From assembly GCA_031426635.1 (NCBI GenBank), contig JASJPN010000035.1, positions 237 through 64,236 of the forward strand: DNA of 64,000 bases, read 5' to 3'. A model generated the notes under the pieces. The model did not search any database. It was not told where the DNA came from and saw nothing but the letters and a program-made list of their open reading frames with translations. Source of the stretch: Polaromonas sp. (GTDB lineage: Bacteria; Pseudomonadota; Gammaproteobacteria; Burkholderiales; Burkholderiaceae_C). Of this stretch, positions 42,096 to 51,525 are shown piece by piece. The stretch's first letter is position 1. Each line of letters begins with the position of its first letter. The position numbers and the translations under genes were made by a program.

Positions 42096-42659
42096 GTGTC
42101 TCACTTGACAACTTTCCCAACCGCTTTTAGTCTGCCTTTTAACTCACGTGTGGGCAGCACGATTCGCTCGCTGAGCTTCATTTTCACATTAGTTGGCCTG
42201 GTGCTGGTTTTACCCGCTTGCGACAACCAGCGCATCGCTGAACTGGAAGAAGGTGTTGCCTCCGAGAGCGATGTACGCCTCAAATTTGGCGAGCCCGAGA
42301 AAATTTGGGATGGCGCGGGCGGTGCCAGGGTATTTGAGTACAACCGCCAACCCGCTGGTGCCCGAAATTACATGATCACCATTGGCACGGATGGCAAAAT
42401 GAGCGCACTCAAACAAGTGCTGACGCCCCAGAATTTCGCCAAAATTGAGTCCGGCATGTCGATGGAAACGGTTCGAAAAATGCTCGGAAAACCCATGAAA
42501 ATCACGCCTTACGAACTCAAAAAGACCTGGCACTACGACTGGCGCTATATAGACGGCCCCAACGATTCGGACAAAAAGATATTCACCGTGGTGTTTAACA
42601 GCGACCTGCGGGTGCTATCGACCGGCTCGATGGAAGATCCAGCGCTCTATTCCAACTGA
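42096..42659 (+). CDS. lipoprotein with SmpA/OmlA (BamE-like) repeats
   Basis: Lipobox LVLPAC, then two G.s...V....G.P-type segments (SESDVRLKFGEPEKIW; MSMETVRKMLGKPMKI). The start is uncertain (GTG 42096 or GTG 42150). Confidence 0.5.
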   Translation: MSHLTTFPTAFSLPFNSRVGSTIRSLSFIFTLVGLVLVLPACDNQRIAELEEGVASESDVRLKFGEPEKIWDGAGGARVFEYNRQPAGARNYMITIGTDGKMSALKQVLTPQNFAKIESGMSMETVRKMLGKPMKITPYELKKTWHYDWRYIDGPNDSDKKIFTVVFNSDLRVLSTGSMEDPALYSN

Positions 42660-42694
42660 GCCACAACACTGAACTTGGCAGCGCTGCGCGGCAA

Positions 42695-44392
42695 CTACTG
42701 TAGCGCCATCGCCAAGCCACTGGCCAAATCAGGGCACAGGTCGCCAGCGGCGATTAATTTATCGAAACCGCTGCGCTGGGCCATTTCCTGCGGCTGATAC
42801 GCCAAACCGCAGATCACCAGCCGGGTGTGTGACTTGCGACATTTACGCGCCAGACCGGCCAAGGCATCTGCGCCCGAGGCATCGAGATAAATCACATTTT
42901 TCAGATCCAACACCAGCGCCTTGGTTGGCAGATGCTCTTCCATCGCCTCCAGCAGCTTGACCGCGCCAAAAAACAGCGCGCCATAGAGGCGGTAAGCATC
43001 GACTTGGCCGCTCAAGTTCTGTAGCAGGGGTTGATCCATCGCACTCACCGCCTCTGAGCGCGACAGACTTGAAATTCGGTAAATAAAGGTCACGCAAGCC
43101 GCAATCAGCCCGACTTCAACCGCCACGGTCAAATCAAACATCACCGTCAAGAAAAACACCGCGAGCATGGTGATTCGGTAAGTCATGCGAAACTGCCGCA
43201 GGTGCAAAAACTTACGCCATTCGCCCATATTCCACGCCACAAACATCAAAATCGCCGACAGCGTCGCCAACGGCACATGGCTGGCCAGGGGCGCTGCCAC
43301 CAGCACGATCAGCAAGAGCATCAACGCGTGTACCATGCCGGCAATCGGGCTGACCGCACCACTTTTGATGTTGGTCATGGTGCGCGCAATGGTGCCGGTG
43401 GCGGGCATACCACCAAAAAACGGCGTGACAAAATTGGCAATGCCCTGCGCCATCAGCTCTTGGTTGGGGTCGTGGCGTTCATCCATCAAACCATCGGCCA
43501 CCCGAGCACACAAAAGCGACTCAATCGCCCCAAGCAGAGCCAGGGTGAGGGTCGGAATGAGTAAAAACCGCGCCGATTCCCAACTAAACGCGGGCCACGC
43601 AAACGCCGGCAGGGTCGCCGCAATGCCGCCAAAGCGGCTACCGATGGTGTCGACCTTCAAACCCAGCACACTCACCGACACCGTGGCCACCACCAAGGCC
43701 ACGATCGCCCCGGGGATGATGGCAGCCATACCTGTTAACCTGTTGTTCAAACGGGGTTGGTGGATAAATCCAGGCATCACAACTTGCCACGACACGATGA
43801 TCGCCAGCGAACCGAGGGCGACCGCCAGCGCCTGTGGGTTCCAACTGTGCAAAGCGCCCGCCAAGGTTTGCAACATGCCAAAAAAGTTAGCTGGCATGGT
43901 GCTCACCTGTAGCCCAAAAAAGTCTTTGATCTGCGACAAACCAACTAAAACAGCGATGCCATTGGTAAAGCCAATCACCACCGCAATCGGGATAAAACGC
44001 ACCAAGGTGCCCAGCTTGAATAACCCCATGAAAAACAGCAGCACCCCCGACAGGGCCGTGGCGATGATCAAATTGCCCAAGCCATAGCGCTCAACAATGC
44101 CGTACACAATGACGATGAACGCGCCCGCCGGGCCGCCAATTTGGACTTTACTCCCCCCCAACGCCGAGATTAAAAAGCCTGCGATGATGGCGGTCCATAG
44201 TCCCGCCGACGGGGACAGCCCCGAGGCAATGGCAAATGCCATGGCCAGTGGCAAGGCCACCACGCCCACGGTCATGCCGGCACCCACATCTGCAAACAAC
44301 TGCTCTTTTTTATAGCCCCGCAAGGCAGAAACGAGCCGAGGAGAAAAACCAGATACGTTCACACCGAAAACTTGCATGGTCAAATGTCGCAC
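42695..44392 (-). CDS. SulP-family anion permease with C-terminal STAS domain
   Basis: Multi-TM core (GMTVGVVALPLAMAFAIASG..., IGFTNGIA) and a STAS tail (LVLDLKNVIYLDASGADAL). Confidence 0.88.
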   Translation of the reverse strand: MRHLTMQVFGVNVSGFSPRLVSALRGYKKEQLFADVGAGMTVGVVALPLAMAFAIASGLSPSAGLWTAIIAGFLISALGGSKVQIGGPAGAFIVIVYGIVERYGLGNLIIATALSGVLLFFMGLFKLGTLVRFIPIAVVIGFTNGIAVLVGLSQIKDFFGLQVSTMPANFFGMLQTLAGALHSWNPQALAVALGSLAIIVSWQVVMPGFIHQPRLNNRLTGMAAIIPGAIVALVVATVSVSVLGLKVDTIGSRFGGIAATLPAFAWPAFSWESARFLLIPTLTLALLGAIESLLCARVADGLMDERHDPNQELMAQGIANFVTPFFGGMPATGTIARTMTNIKSGAVSPIAGMVHALMLLLIVLVAAPLASHVPLATLSAILMFVAWNMGEWRKFLHLRQFRMTYRITMLAVFFLTVMFDLTVAVEVGLIAACVTFIYRISSLSRSEAVSAMDQPLLQNLSGQVDAYRLYGALFFGAVKLLEAMEEHLPTKALVLDLKNVIYLDASGADALAGLARKCRKSHTRLVICGLAYQPQEMAQRSGFDKLIAAGDLCPDLASGLAMALQ

Positions 44393-44408
44393 GAAGTAGC
44401 GCGGCCTG

Positions 44409-45152
44409 TCAAATGCGTTGCCTCACATCTGCCACTAGCGGCCCTATCGTTGGCAACAGCACCAACACGGCCAAAGGCAAGGTCATGGTATAGCCCCAAT
44501 GCTTGAAAGCCAGCGCCCCGATCAGACCCCCGAGCGTAAAGCCGCCAATCAGCAACAGCAAAGTGCGCAACTTAGGGCGACTGGCCAGGACTTTGACGGG
44601 TCCAGCACTATAGTTGACGTAGAAAAGCTTGCCCAGTTCAATGCCGAGATCGGTAATCAGTCCGGTCACGTGCGTGGTGCGGATTTCAGCCTTGGAAATT
44701 TTGGTGATGACGGCGTTCTGTAGCCCCATGATGAAACACAAAATCAGAACCGTCATCGGGGCTAATAGAGTGGAAACCTCTTTAATCGAGGCGCCAAAAA
44801 CACCAAATACCAGCAACATGAAGGATTCCAGCAACAGCGGCAGACAATAGGCGCTGTGCAAGTTTCTGCGCAAGGCCCAATTGATCAGCCAGGCGGTGGT
44901 CATGGCACCCAACAGGAACGCAAGGATGGCAGCGACCGCCCCGGTGGCCACGAGGAAATTGCCCAAAATCAAGTTGTCAGCAATGGACGACAACATGCCC
45001 GTCATGTGCGAGGTATACAGCCCGACCGCCAAAAACCCACCGGCATTGGTGGCGCCGGCCACAAAACTCAGGATCACCCCCAGCCGCAGATTGCTTTCAG
45101 CGGTGCGCTCCAGCCCTGCCCAGATTCGCAAAGCTTCAAAAAAGTGAATCAT
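44409..45152 (-). CDS. DUF1275/YoaK-family membrane protein
   Basis: 247 aa with about 6 TM segments. FVAGATNAGGFLAVGLYTSHMTG is typical of the family. Confidence 0.65.
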   Translation of the reverse strand: MIHFFEALRIWAGLERTAESNLRLGVILSFVAGATNAGGFLAVGLYTSHMTGMLSSIADNLILGNFLVATGAVAAILAFLLGAMTTAWLINWALRRNLHSAYCLPLLLESFMLLVFGVFGASIKEVSTLLAPMTVLILCFIMGLQNAVITKISKAEIRTTHVTGLITDLGIELGKLFYVNYSAGPVKVLASRPKLRTLLLLIGGFTLGGLIGALAFKHWGYTMTLPLAVLVLLPTIGPLVADVRQRI

Positions 45153-45183
45153 TGGGTCAGGGCGTCAACTGGATGGGTAGGAA

Positions 45184-47409
45184 TTATTTCACCCGCATGC
45201 CGGGCTGAGCACCGGGCAGGGGTTCCAAGATGTAAATCCCCGGTTGCGTTTTCTCGTCAGCGGCGCTGGCAGCCAACACCATGCCCTCGGACATGCCAAA
45301 CTTCATCTTGCGCGGTGCCAGGTTAGCCACCATGACGGTGTGTTTGCCAATCAAGTCGGCAGGCTGGTAACTTGAGGCGATGCCGCTGAAGACGTTGCGC
45401 GTTTTGGGCAAGCCAGCCTCGTCCGTTTCGCCCACGTCCAAGGTCAGGCGCAGCAACTTGGTCGAGCCTTCTACCTCCTCACAGTTGACGATTTTGGCAA
45501 TCCGCAGGTCGATTTTGGCAAAGTCGTCGATGCTGATGACTTCTGATGCAGCTTCTGCACTGTTTTTTTGAATAGCTTTTGAGGCCGTTTTAGCTACTGA
45601 TTTAATAGCTGGTAAGGCAATATCTGCGCCGGCTGGAGCTTCAAATAGGGCCTCCAATTGCTCAACTGTAACGCGTTGCATCAAATGTTTGTATTCGCCC
45701 ACCTGATGCCCGAGAGGCAGTACTGTTCCTACGTCTGCAAAAGTCAGCGGACTTGCAACTTGAAGGAAAATTTCCGATTGTTTTGCGAGCTCTGGCAGGA
45801 TTGGCTTTAAGTGAAGCGTGAGCAGCCTGAAGGACTCAATCACGACAGAGCAAATTCGATGTAACCAAGCAGGATCAGACGGGTTTTCAGGATTTTCAAA
45901 CTTTTTCGACAACACCCAGGGTTTGACTGAGTCCCAAAATTCATTGGTTTCATCAGCAAGTTTCATTATCAATCTAGTAGCTAAACTGAACTCTCGCTTT
46001 TCATAACAGTCGATGATTGAAGTGCTGGTACGTCTAATGCTTTCAAGAACAACGTCGTAGTAAGGGCCAACTACTGCATTGTTGGCATAAACATTACCAA
46101 GCTTAAGATCACCGATACGTCCATCGAAATGCTTATGTAGAAATCCCGCTGCACGGCTCGCAATATTCACAAATTTGCCAATCAAGTCCGAGTTCACGCG
46201 CAGCATGAAATCCTCAGCATTAAAGTCGATATCTTCATTTTTCGCCGACAGCTTGGCCGCCAGGTAGTAGCGCAACCATTCGGGGTTCATTCCGAGGCTC
46301 AGGTACTTGAGCGGGTCCAGGCCCGTACCACGGCTCTTGCTCATCTTCTCGCCGTTGTTCACCGTCAAAAAGCCGTGCACGAACACGTTGTTTGGCGTTT
46401 TGCGACCGCTGAAGTGCAGCATGGCGGGCCAAAACAGGGTGTGGAAGGTGACAATGTCTTTGCCGATGAAGTGGTACTGCTCCAGCGCGGGGTTGGCCAT
46501 GTAGGCGGCGTAGTCCTGGCCACGCTTGTCCAGCAGGTTTTTGAGGGACGCCAGATAGCCAACGGGCGCGTCCAGCCACACATAGAAGTACTTGCCGGGT
46601 GCATCTGGAATCTCGATACCAAAATAGGGCGCGTCACGAGAAATATCCCAGTCGCCCAAGCCTTCGCTGGTGCTGCCATCAGGATGGGTACGGACTGAAA
46701 ACCACTCTTTGACCTTGTTGGCCACCTCGGGTTGCAGTCGTGGCTTGCCATTTTCATCGGACTCTTGTGTCCATTTTTGCAAAAACTCAACGCAGCGCGG
46801 GTCAGAGAGTTTGAAGAAAAAGTGCTCTGAACTCTTGAGTTCAGGCTTGGCACCCGACAAGGCGGAGTAGGGATTGATCAAGTCGGTGGGGGCGTACACG
46901 GCCCCGCAGTTTTCGCAGTTATCGCCGTACTGGTCTTTGGCATGGCACTTGGGGCACTCGCCCTTGATGAAGCGGTCGGGCAGGAACATGTTCTTCTGCG
47001 GGTCGAAAAACTGCTCGATGGTTTTGCTCTCAATCAGCGATCCGTCTTGGCGATCGCGCAGGTCGCGGTAAATCTGGCGGGCCAGCTCGTGGTTTTCTGG
47101 CGCGTCGGTCGAGTGCCAGTTGTCAAAACTGATATGAAAACCATCCAGGTAGGGCTTGCGACCGCTAGCAATATCAGCCACAAACTGCTGCGGCGTTTTG
47201 CCTGCCTTCTCGGCGGCAATCATGATGGGCGCGCCGTGGGTGTCGTCTGCGCCTACAAAATTGACGTCATGACCCTGCATCCTTTGAAAACGCACCCAAA
47301 TATCGGCCTGGATGTACTCCATGATGTGGCCAATGTGAAAGTTACCATTGGCGTAAGGCAGCGCGGTGGTGACGAAAAGCTGACGAGGAGCAGTCTGAAT
47401 GGCAGTCAT
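45184..47409 (-). CDS. metG: methionine--tRNA ligase with C-terminal tRNA-binding (Trbp111-like) domain
   Basis: HIGH ([11 protein letters not shown]), KMSKS, a zinc knuckle (CPKC...CENCG) and a C-terminal [13 protein letters not shown]...[21 protein letters not shown]. 741 aa. Confidence 0.96.
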   Translation of the reverse strand: MTAIQTAPRQLFVTTALPYANGNFHIGHIMEYIQADIWVRFQRMQGHDVNFVGADDTHGAPIMIAAEKAGKTPQQFVADIASGRKPYLDGFHISFDNWHSTDAPENHELARQIYRDLRDRQDGSLIESKTIEQFFDPQKNMFLPDRFIKGECPKCHAKDQYGDNCENCGAVYAPTDLINPYSALSGAKPELKSSEHFFFKLSDPRCVEFLQKWTQESDENGKPRLQPEVANKVKEWFSVRTHPDGSTSEGLGDWDISRDAPYFGIEIPDAPGKYFYVWLDAPVGYLASLKNLLDKRGQDYAAYMANPALEQYHFIGKDIVTFHTLFWPAMLHFSGRKTPNNVFVHGFLTVNNGEKMSKSRGTGLDPLKYLSLGMNPEWLRYYLAAKLSAKNEDIDFNAEDFMLRVNSDLIGKFVNIASRAAGFLHKHFDGRIGDLKLGNVYANNAVVGPYYDVVLESIRRTSTSIIDCYEKREFSLATRLIMKLADETNEFWDSVKPWVLSKKFENPENPSDPAWLHRICSVVIESFRLLTLHLKPILPELAKQSEIFLQVASPLTFADVGTVLPLGHQVGEYKHLMQRVTVEQLEALFEAPAGADIALPAIKSVAKTASKAIQKNSAEAASEVISIDDFAKIDLRIAKIVNCEEVEGSTKLLRLTLDVGETDEAGLPKTRNVFSGIASSYQPADLIGKHTVMVANLAPRKMKFGMSEGMVLAASAADEKTQPGIYILEPLPGAQPGMRVK
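45593..45633. repeat. AT-rich bipartite module copy (GCTA-N9-TAGC-N18-GCCGGC), inside the metG linker
   Basis: aGCTActgatttaaTAGCt at 45593-45609, an 18-nt spacer, and GCCGGC at 45628-45633. On the coding strand it reads [14 protein letters not shown]. Confidence 0.7.
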
Positions 47410-47519
47410 AGAAATCTCAGGGGTTCTTGTAGGGCTAATCGGCTATTTTATAAGTTGTCGCTACACTTCCAGACAATTAATAACTTAACATCCCCCAGCA
47501 ATTCACACAACAACGCATC

Positions 47520-48632
47520 ATGCTCACACCAAAACCGCAGCAAGAACAACTCCAGCAACAGCTTCTCCAAGCCCTTCAGGCCGTGATTGACCCCAATACG
47601 GGCAAGGATTTTGTATCCAGCAAAGCCATCAAAAACCTCAGCGTGACCGACGGCGACGTGGCGTTTGAAGTGGAACTGGGTTATCCGGCCAAGAGCCAGA
47701 TCCCAGGGTTTCGCAAGGCCTTGATCGCCGCGGCCAGGAGCGTAGCCGGTGTGCAAAACGTTTCTGTCAACGTGAGCACCAGGATCACGGCCCATGCCGT
47801 GCAGCGCGGCGTGGCCCTGCTGCCCAGTGTGAAGAACATCGTGGCGGTGGCCTCGGGCAAAGGCGGCGTTGGCAAGAGCACCACAGCTGTCAACCTGGCG
47901 CTGGCACTCGCCGCCGAAGGCGCCACCGTTGGCCTGCTGGACGCTGACATCTACGGCCCCAGCCTGCCCATGATGATGGGAATCACCGGCAAGCCAGAAA
48001 GCCTGGATGGCACCCATATGGAACCGATGGAGAACTACGGCGTGCAGGTCATGTCGATCGGCTTTCTGGTCGCACAGGACGAGGCCATGATCTGGCGTGG
48101 CCCCATGGCCACGCAAGCGCTGGAGCAACTGCTGCGCCAGACCAACTGGAAAGACCTGGACTATCTGATCGTGGACATGCCCCCCGGTACCGGTGACATC
48201 CAGTTGACCCTGTCCCAGCGTGTGCCGATGACCGGTGCCGTGGTGGTGACCACGCCGCAGGACATTGCGCTGCTGGATGCCAGAAAAGGCATCAAGATGT
48301 TCGAGAAGGTGGGTGTGCCCATCTTGGGCATTGTCGAAAATATGGCCGTACACGTGTGCAGCCAATGCGGCCACGTGGAGCACATCTTTGGCGCTGATGG
48401 CGGCAAGAAGATGGCCGCCGAGTACAACATGGACTACCTGGGCGCCCTGCCGCTGAACATGCAAATACGCCTGCAAGCCGACAGCGGAAAACCCACCGTG
48501 GTGGCCGACCCCGAGAGCGAATTGGCGGGCATCTACAAAGCCGTGGCGCGCCAGGTGGCCGTGTCCATTGCTGCCAAGAACAAGGACTTTTCATCCAAGT
48601 TTCCGTCGATCAAGATCTCCAAGAACACCTGA
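47520..48632 (+). CDS. apbC: Fe-S cluster carrier ATPase (Mrp/ApbC/NBP35 family)
   Basis: Deviant Walker A VASGKGGVGKSTTAVNLA, a CxxC (CSQCGH) and an N-terminal DUF59-like domain. It is divergent from metG as in E. coli. Confidence 0.92.
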   Translation: MLTPKPQQEQLQQQLLQALQAVIDPNTGKDFVSSKAIKNLSVTDGDVAFEVELGYPAKSQIPGFRKALIAAARSVAGVQNVSVNVSTRITAHAVQRGVALLPSVKNIVAVASGKGGVGKSTTAVNLALALAAEGATVGLLDADIYGPSLPMMMGITGKPESLDGTHMEPMENYGVQVMSIGFLVAQDEAMIWRGPMATQALEQLLRQTNWKDLDYLIVDMPPGTGDIQLTLSQRVPMTGAVVVTTPQDIALLDARKGIKMFEKVGVPILGIVENMAVHVCSQCGHVEHIFGADGGKKMAAEYNMDYLGALPLNMQIRLQADSGKPTVVADPESELAGIYKAVARQVAVSIAAKNKDFSSKFPSIKISKNT

Positions 48633-48672
48633 TTAAACACATCATTTTTCGCTCCGTTGCACCAAACGTCAG

Positions 48673-49665
48673 ATGAACCTACTCGCTTCACTGCGGTACT
48701 TGGTCGCTTTAGACGAGCACAAACATTTTGCGCGGGCGGCCCAAGCCTGTCACGTCACGCAGCCCGCTTTGTCCAACGCGCTACGGGCGTTGGAACAAGA
48801 GTTTGGTACCACCATCATCAACCGGGGACGGGTTTTTGTGGGCTTGACGCCCGAAGGCGAGCGCGTTCTGGCCAGCGCCCAGCGCATGCTGCAAGAACGC
48901 GAGATGCTGCAGCAAGAGTTGAAGAGCGTTGCCAACCAGCCCGTCGGCAACATCGTGATTGGTGCCGTGCCCACTGCCGTGTCGATTGCTGGACGCTTTG
49001 CCGCCAGACTACAAGCTCTTCACCCTGGCATTTCGCCGACGGTGCTATCCATGACCTCAAACGAAATTGAAAAAGGTCTGGAAAAGTTATCATTGGACCT
49101 GGGTCTGGGCTACACCGACAGGCTGCCGCTGCGGCAATCTCGCTTGCGAAGCATTGCGCAGTACACCGAGCACTATTTTTTAGTACGCAAAGTATCGCCC
49201 CCCGACAACATGCGCGCGACAGTTGATGCAAGTAAGGGGCTAAAAAAACAATCGCCGCCAAGATTGCACATCGCCGAAAAAATTTCCTGGAAGCAAGCCG
49301 CCGCCCTGCCGCTGTGCTTGCTCACACCCGACATGCACAACCGCACCATTGTGGATGCCGCGTTTTTCAAAGCAGGGGTGACGGTTAAACCGATCATTGA
49401 AACCAACTCGATTTTGACACTGGCTTTATCTGTGGTGGCAGGTGAAGTCTGTAGCATCTTGCCTGGCGCACTGGTCGATACTGTGCGGGGCTACACTGAA
49501 CTGGAAGCCTTGCCGCTGATCAGTCCCGAAGTTCTCACCCCGATTGGTTTCATGATGCCGCACAGTGAGCGCACCTCGCGCACACAGCAAGCCGCGGCCA
49601 CACTCGCGCAAGATGTGACCTGGCTGCGCCATGCCGCTGCGCACAGCGGTTTGCTGTCGGCTTAA
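48673..49665 (+). CDS. LysR-family transcriptional regulator
   Basis: N-terminal wHTH LRYLVALDEHKHFARAAQACHVTQPALSNALRALEQEFG. 330 aa. Confidence 0.9.
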   Translation: MNLLASLRYLVALDEHKHFARAAQACHVTQPALSNALRALEQEFGTTIINRGRVFVGLTPEGERVLASAQRMLQEREMLQQELKSVANQPVGNIVIGAVPTAVSIAGRFAARLQALHPGISPTVLSMTSNEIEKGLEKLSLDLGLGYTDRLPLRQSRLRSIAQYTEHYFLVRKVSPPDNMRATVDASKGLKKQSPPRLHIAEKISWKQAAALPLCLLTPDMHNRTIVDAAFFKAGVTVKPIIETNSILTLALSVVAGEVCSILPGALVDTVRGYTELEALPLISPEVLTPIGFMMPHSERTSRTQQAAATLAQDVTWLRHAAAHSGLLSA

Positions 49666-49749
49666 CTGCGACTGCCGCAACGCCTTTTGGCAGCGGTGGT
49701 AGCCGCGTCGCCGTTTCCTTCATGCCTTTGATCACACCTTCGTCATACG

Positions 49750-49776
49750 AATGATGCACCGCATCATTTATTTTTT
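49750..49776 (+). terminator. hairpin plus T-tract (possible terminator or attenuator between the LysR gene and the transporter)
   Basis: Perfect 8-bp stem AATGATGC-acc-GCATCATT (49750-49768) followed by TATTTTTT. The stem is AT-rich and therefore weak. Confidence 0.35.
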
Positions 49777-49880
49777 GAATGAGTGCATATTTCGATTTAA
49801 CTTGACCCACAATGCCTTTGAGCCGGACACTGTTCGAGCTTAAACATCGAGTTAAGTTTAATTACAACAAGGAGACAAAT

Positions 49881-51509
49881 ATGTCAGGATTTCTCGACAA
49901 GGAGCGCATCATCGCGGGACCGGGCTTTAACCGCTGGTTGGTACCGCCTGCTGCTTTGGCCATCCACCTGTGTATTGGTATGGCCTACGGTTTTTCGGTC
50001 TTTTGGCTACCCCTATCCAAAGCTTTGGGCATCAAAGAGGCCATCAAGTGCGGGCCTGAAGTTGGATTTTTAGCCCAACTGTTCACCACCACCTGCGATT
50101 GGCAAATCTCTACGCTGGGCTGGATGTACACGCTGTTTTTCGTGCTCCTGGGCTCATCGGCAGCTCTGTGGGGAGGCTGGCTAGAACGCGCTGGTCCCCG
50201 TAAAGCGGGCGTGGTATCGGCCCTGTGCTGGTGCGGCGGCATGTTGATTTCTGCCTTTGGTGTCTATACCCACCAGTTCTGGCTGATGATCCTGGGTTCT
50301 GGCGTGATTGGCGGTATTGGCCTCGGCTTGGGCTACATCTCCCCTGTGTCAACCTTGATCAAATGGTTCCCAGACCGTCGCGGCATGGCCACCGGCATGG
50401 CCATCATGGGCTTTGGCGGCGGCGCGATGATTGGCTCGCCCCTTGCCGCTGAGTTGATGAAAAACTTTGCGACCCCTACCAGTGTGGGCGTCACAGAGAC
50501 TTTCGTTGTGATGGCACTGGTTTACTTCGTCTTCATGATGGCAGGCGCGTTGGGTTACCGTGTGCCACCGACCGGCTGGAAGCCTGAAGGTTGGACGCCA
50601 CCGGCTGCGCAAACCAACAACGCCATGATCACGCAGCGTCATGTGCACGTGAAAAAAGTATGGGGAATTCCGCAATTTTGGTTAATTTGGATGGTTCTGT
50701 GCATGAACGTGAGCGCTGGTATTGGCGTGATCGGTATGGCATCGCCCATGTTGCAAGAGGTATTTGGCGGCGGCCTGATTGGCGTGGCCAAGAAGTTTGG
50801 TGAACTCGATAAAGTGCAACTCACCGCCATTGCTGGTGCTGCCGCTGGCTTTACCGCACTACTGAGCCTTTTCAACATTGGTGGCCGCTTCTTCTGGGCC
50901 AGTTTGTCTGACAAATTAGGTCGCAAAGTGACTTATGTGATTTTCTTCGTTTTGGGCGCAGCCTTGTATTTTTCAGTACCCACCAGCGCACGTGCCGGTA
51001 GCATCTCTTTGTTTGTGGCCGCGTTTTGTATCATTTTGAGCATGTATGGCGGTGGTTTTGCCACGGTACCCGCGTATTTGGCGGATTTGTTTGGCACGCA
51101 AATGGTCGGTGCGATTCATGGTCGCTTGCTGACCGCTTGGGCGACTGCCGGTATTTTGGGCCCGGTGGTGGTGAACTACATGCGTGACTACCAGCTGGGC
51201 TTGGGCATTCCGCGCGAGCAGGTGTACAACCAAACCATGTACATCCTGACCGGCATGTTGGTCATTGGCTTGATTTGTAATCTGCTGGTCAAACCCCTGG
51301 CAGACAAATGGTTCATGAGCGATGCCGAGCTGGCTGAAGAACGCCGTTTGGCACACGACAAAGCGGTTGCCTCTGAAGTGGGTACAGGCTCGGGCGTGGG
51401 CCGGGCGGTGAACCCAGCTTTTGTCTATCTAGCGTGGGCAGCCGTGGGGATTCCACTGGCTTGGGGCGTTTACAGAACCCTGCTCAGCGTGTCTAAATTT
51501 TTGAATTAA
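49881..51509 (+). CDS. MFS transporter, oxalate/formate antiporter (OFA) family
   Basis: MSGFLDKERIIAGPGFNRWLVPPAALAIHLCIGMAYGFSVFWLPL is typical of the OFA family, with about 12 TM segments. AAGGAG lies 7 nt before ATG 49881. The ORF-track start at 49812 was trimmed. Confidence 0.8.
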   Translation: MSGFLDKERIIAGPGFNRWLVPPAALAIHLCIGMAYGFSVFWLPLSKALGIKEAIKCGPEVGFLAQLFTTTCDWQISTLGWMYTLFFVLLGSSAALWGGWLERAGPRKAGVVSALCWCGGMLISAFGVYTHQFWLMILGSGVIGGIGLGLGYISPVSTLIKWFPDRRGMATGMAIMGFGGGAMIGSPLAAELMKNFATPTSVGVTETFVVMALVYFVFMMAGALGYRVPPTGWKPEGWTPPAAQTNNAMITQRHVHVKKVWGIPQFWLIWMVLCMNVSAGIGVIGMASPMLQEVFGGGLIGVAKKFGELDKVQLTAIAGAAAGFTALLSLFNIGGRFFWASLSDKLGRKVTYVIFFVLGAALYFSVPTSARAGSISLFVAAFCIILSMYGGGFATVPAYLADLFGTQMVGAIHGRLLTAWATAGILGPVVVNYMRDYQLGLGIPREQVYNQTMYILTGMLVIGLICNLLVKPLADKWFMSDAELAEERRLAHDKAVASEVGTGSGVGRAVNPAFVYLAWAAVGIPLAWGVYRTLLSVSKFLN

Positions 51510-51525
51510 TTTAAAATTAAATCGC

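Noticed and set aside
43185-44087. 300-aa ORF on the plus strand
   Set aside because: It is antisense to the SulP permease, and no independent support exists.
47448-48476. 342-aa ORF on the minus strand
   Set aside because: It is entirely antisense to apbC, whose plus-strand product has a clear deviant Walker A and CxxC. The antisense product is His/Gly/Ala/Gln-rich low complexity, typical of open antisense frames in GC-rich DNA.
49550-49810. 86-aa minus-strand ORF spanning the LysR 3' end and the intergenic region
   Set aside because: It overlaps the LysR gene antisense, has no SD and no motif.
49839-49856. Dyad CTTAA-N8-TTAAG upstream of the OFA transporter as a LysR T-N11-A box
   Set aside because: It lies only about 25-40 nt from the start codon, inside the probable 5' UTR rather than at the usual -65 region. 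It is AT-rich and short.
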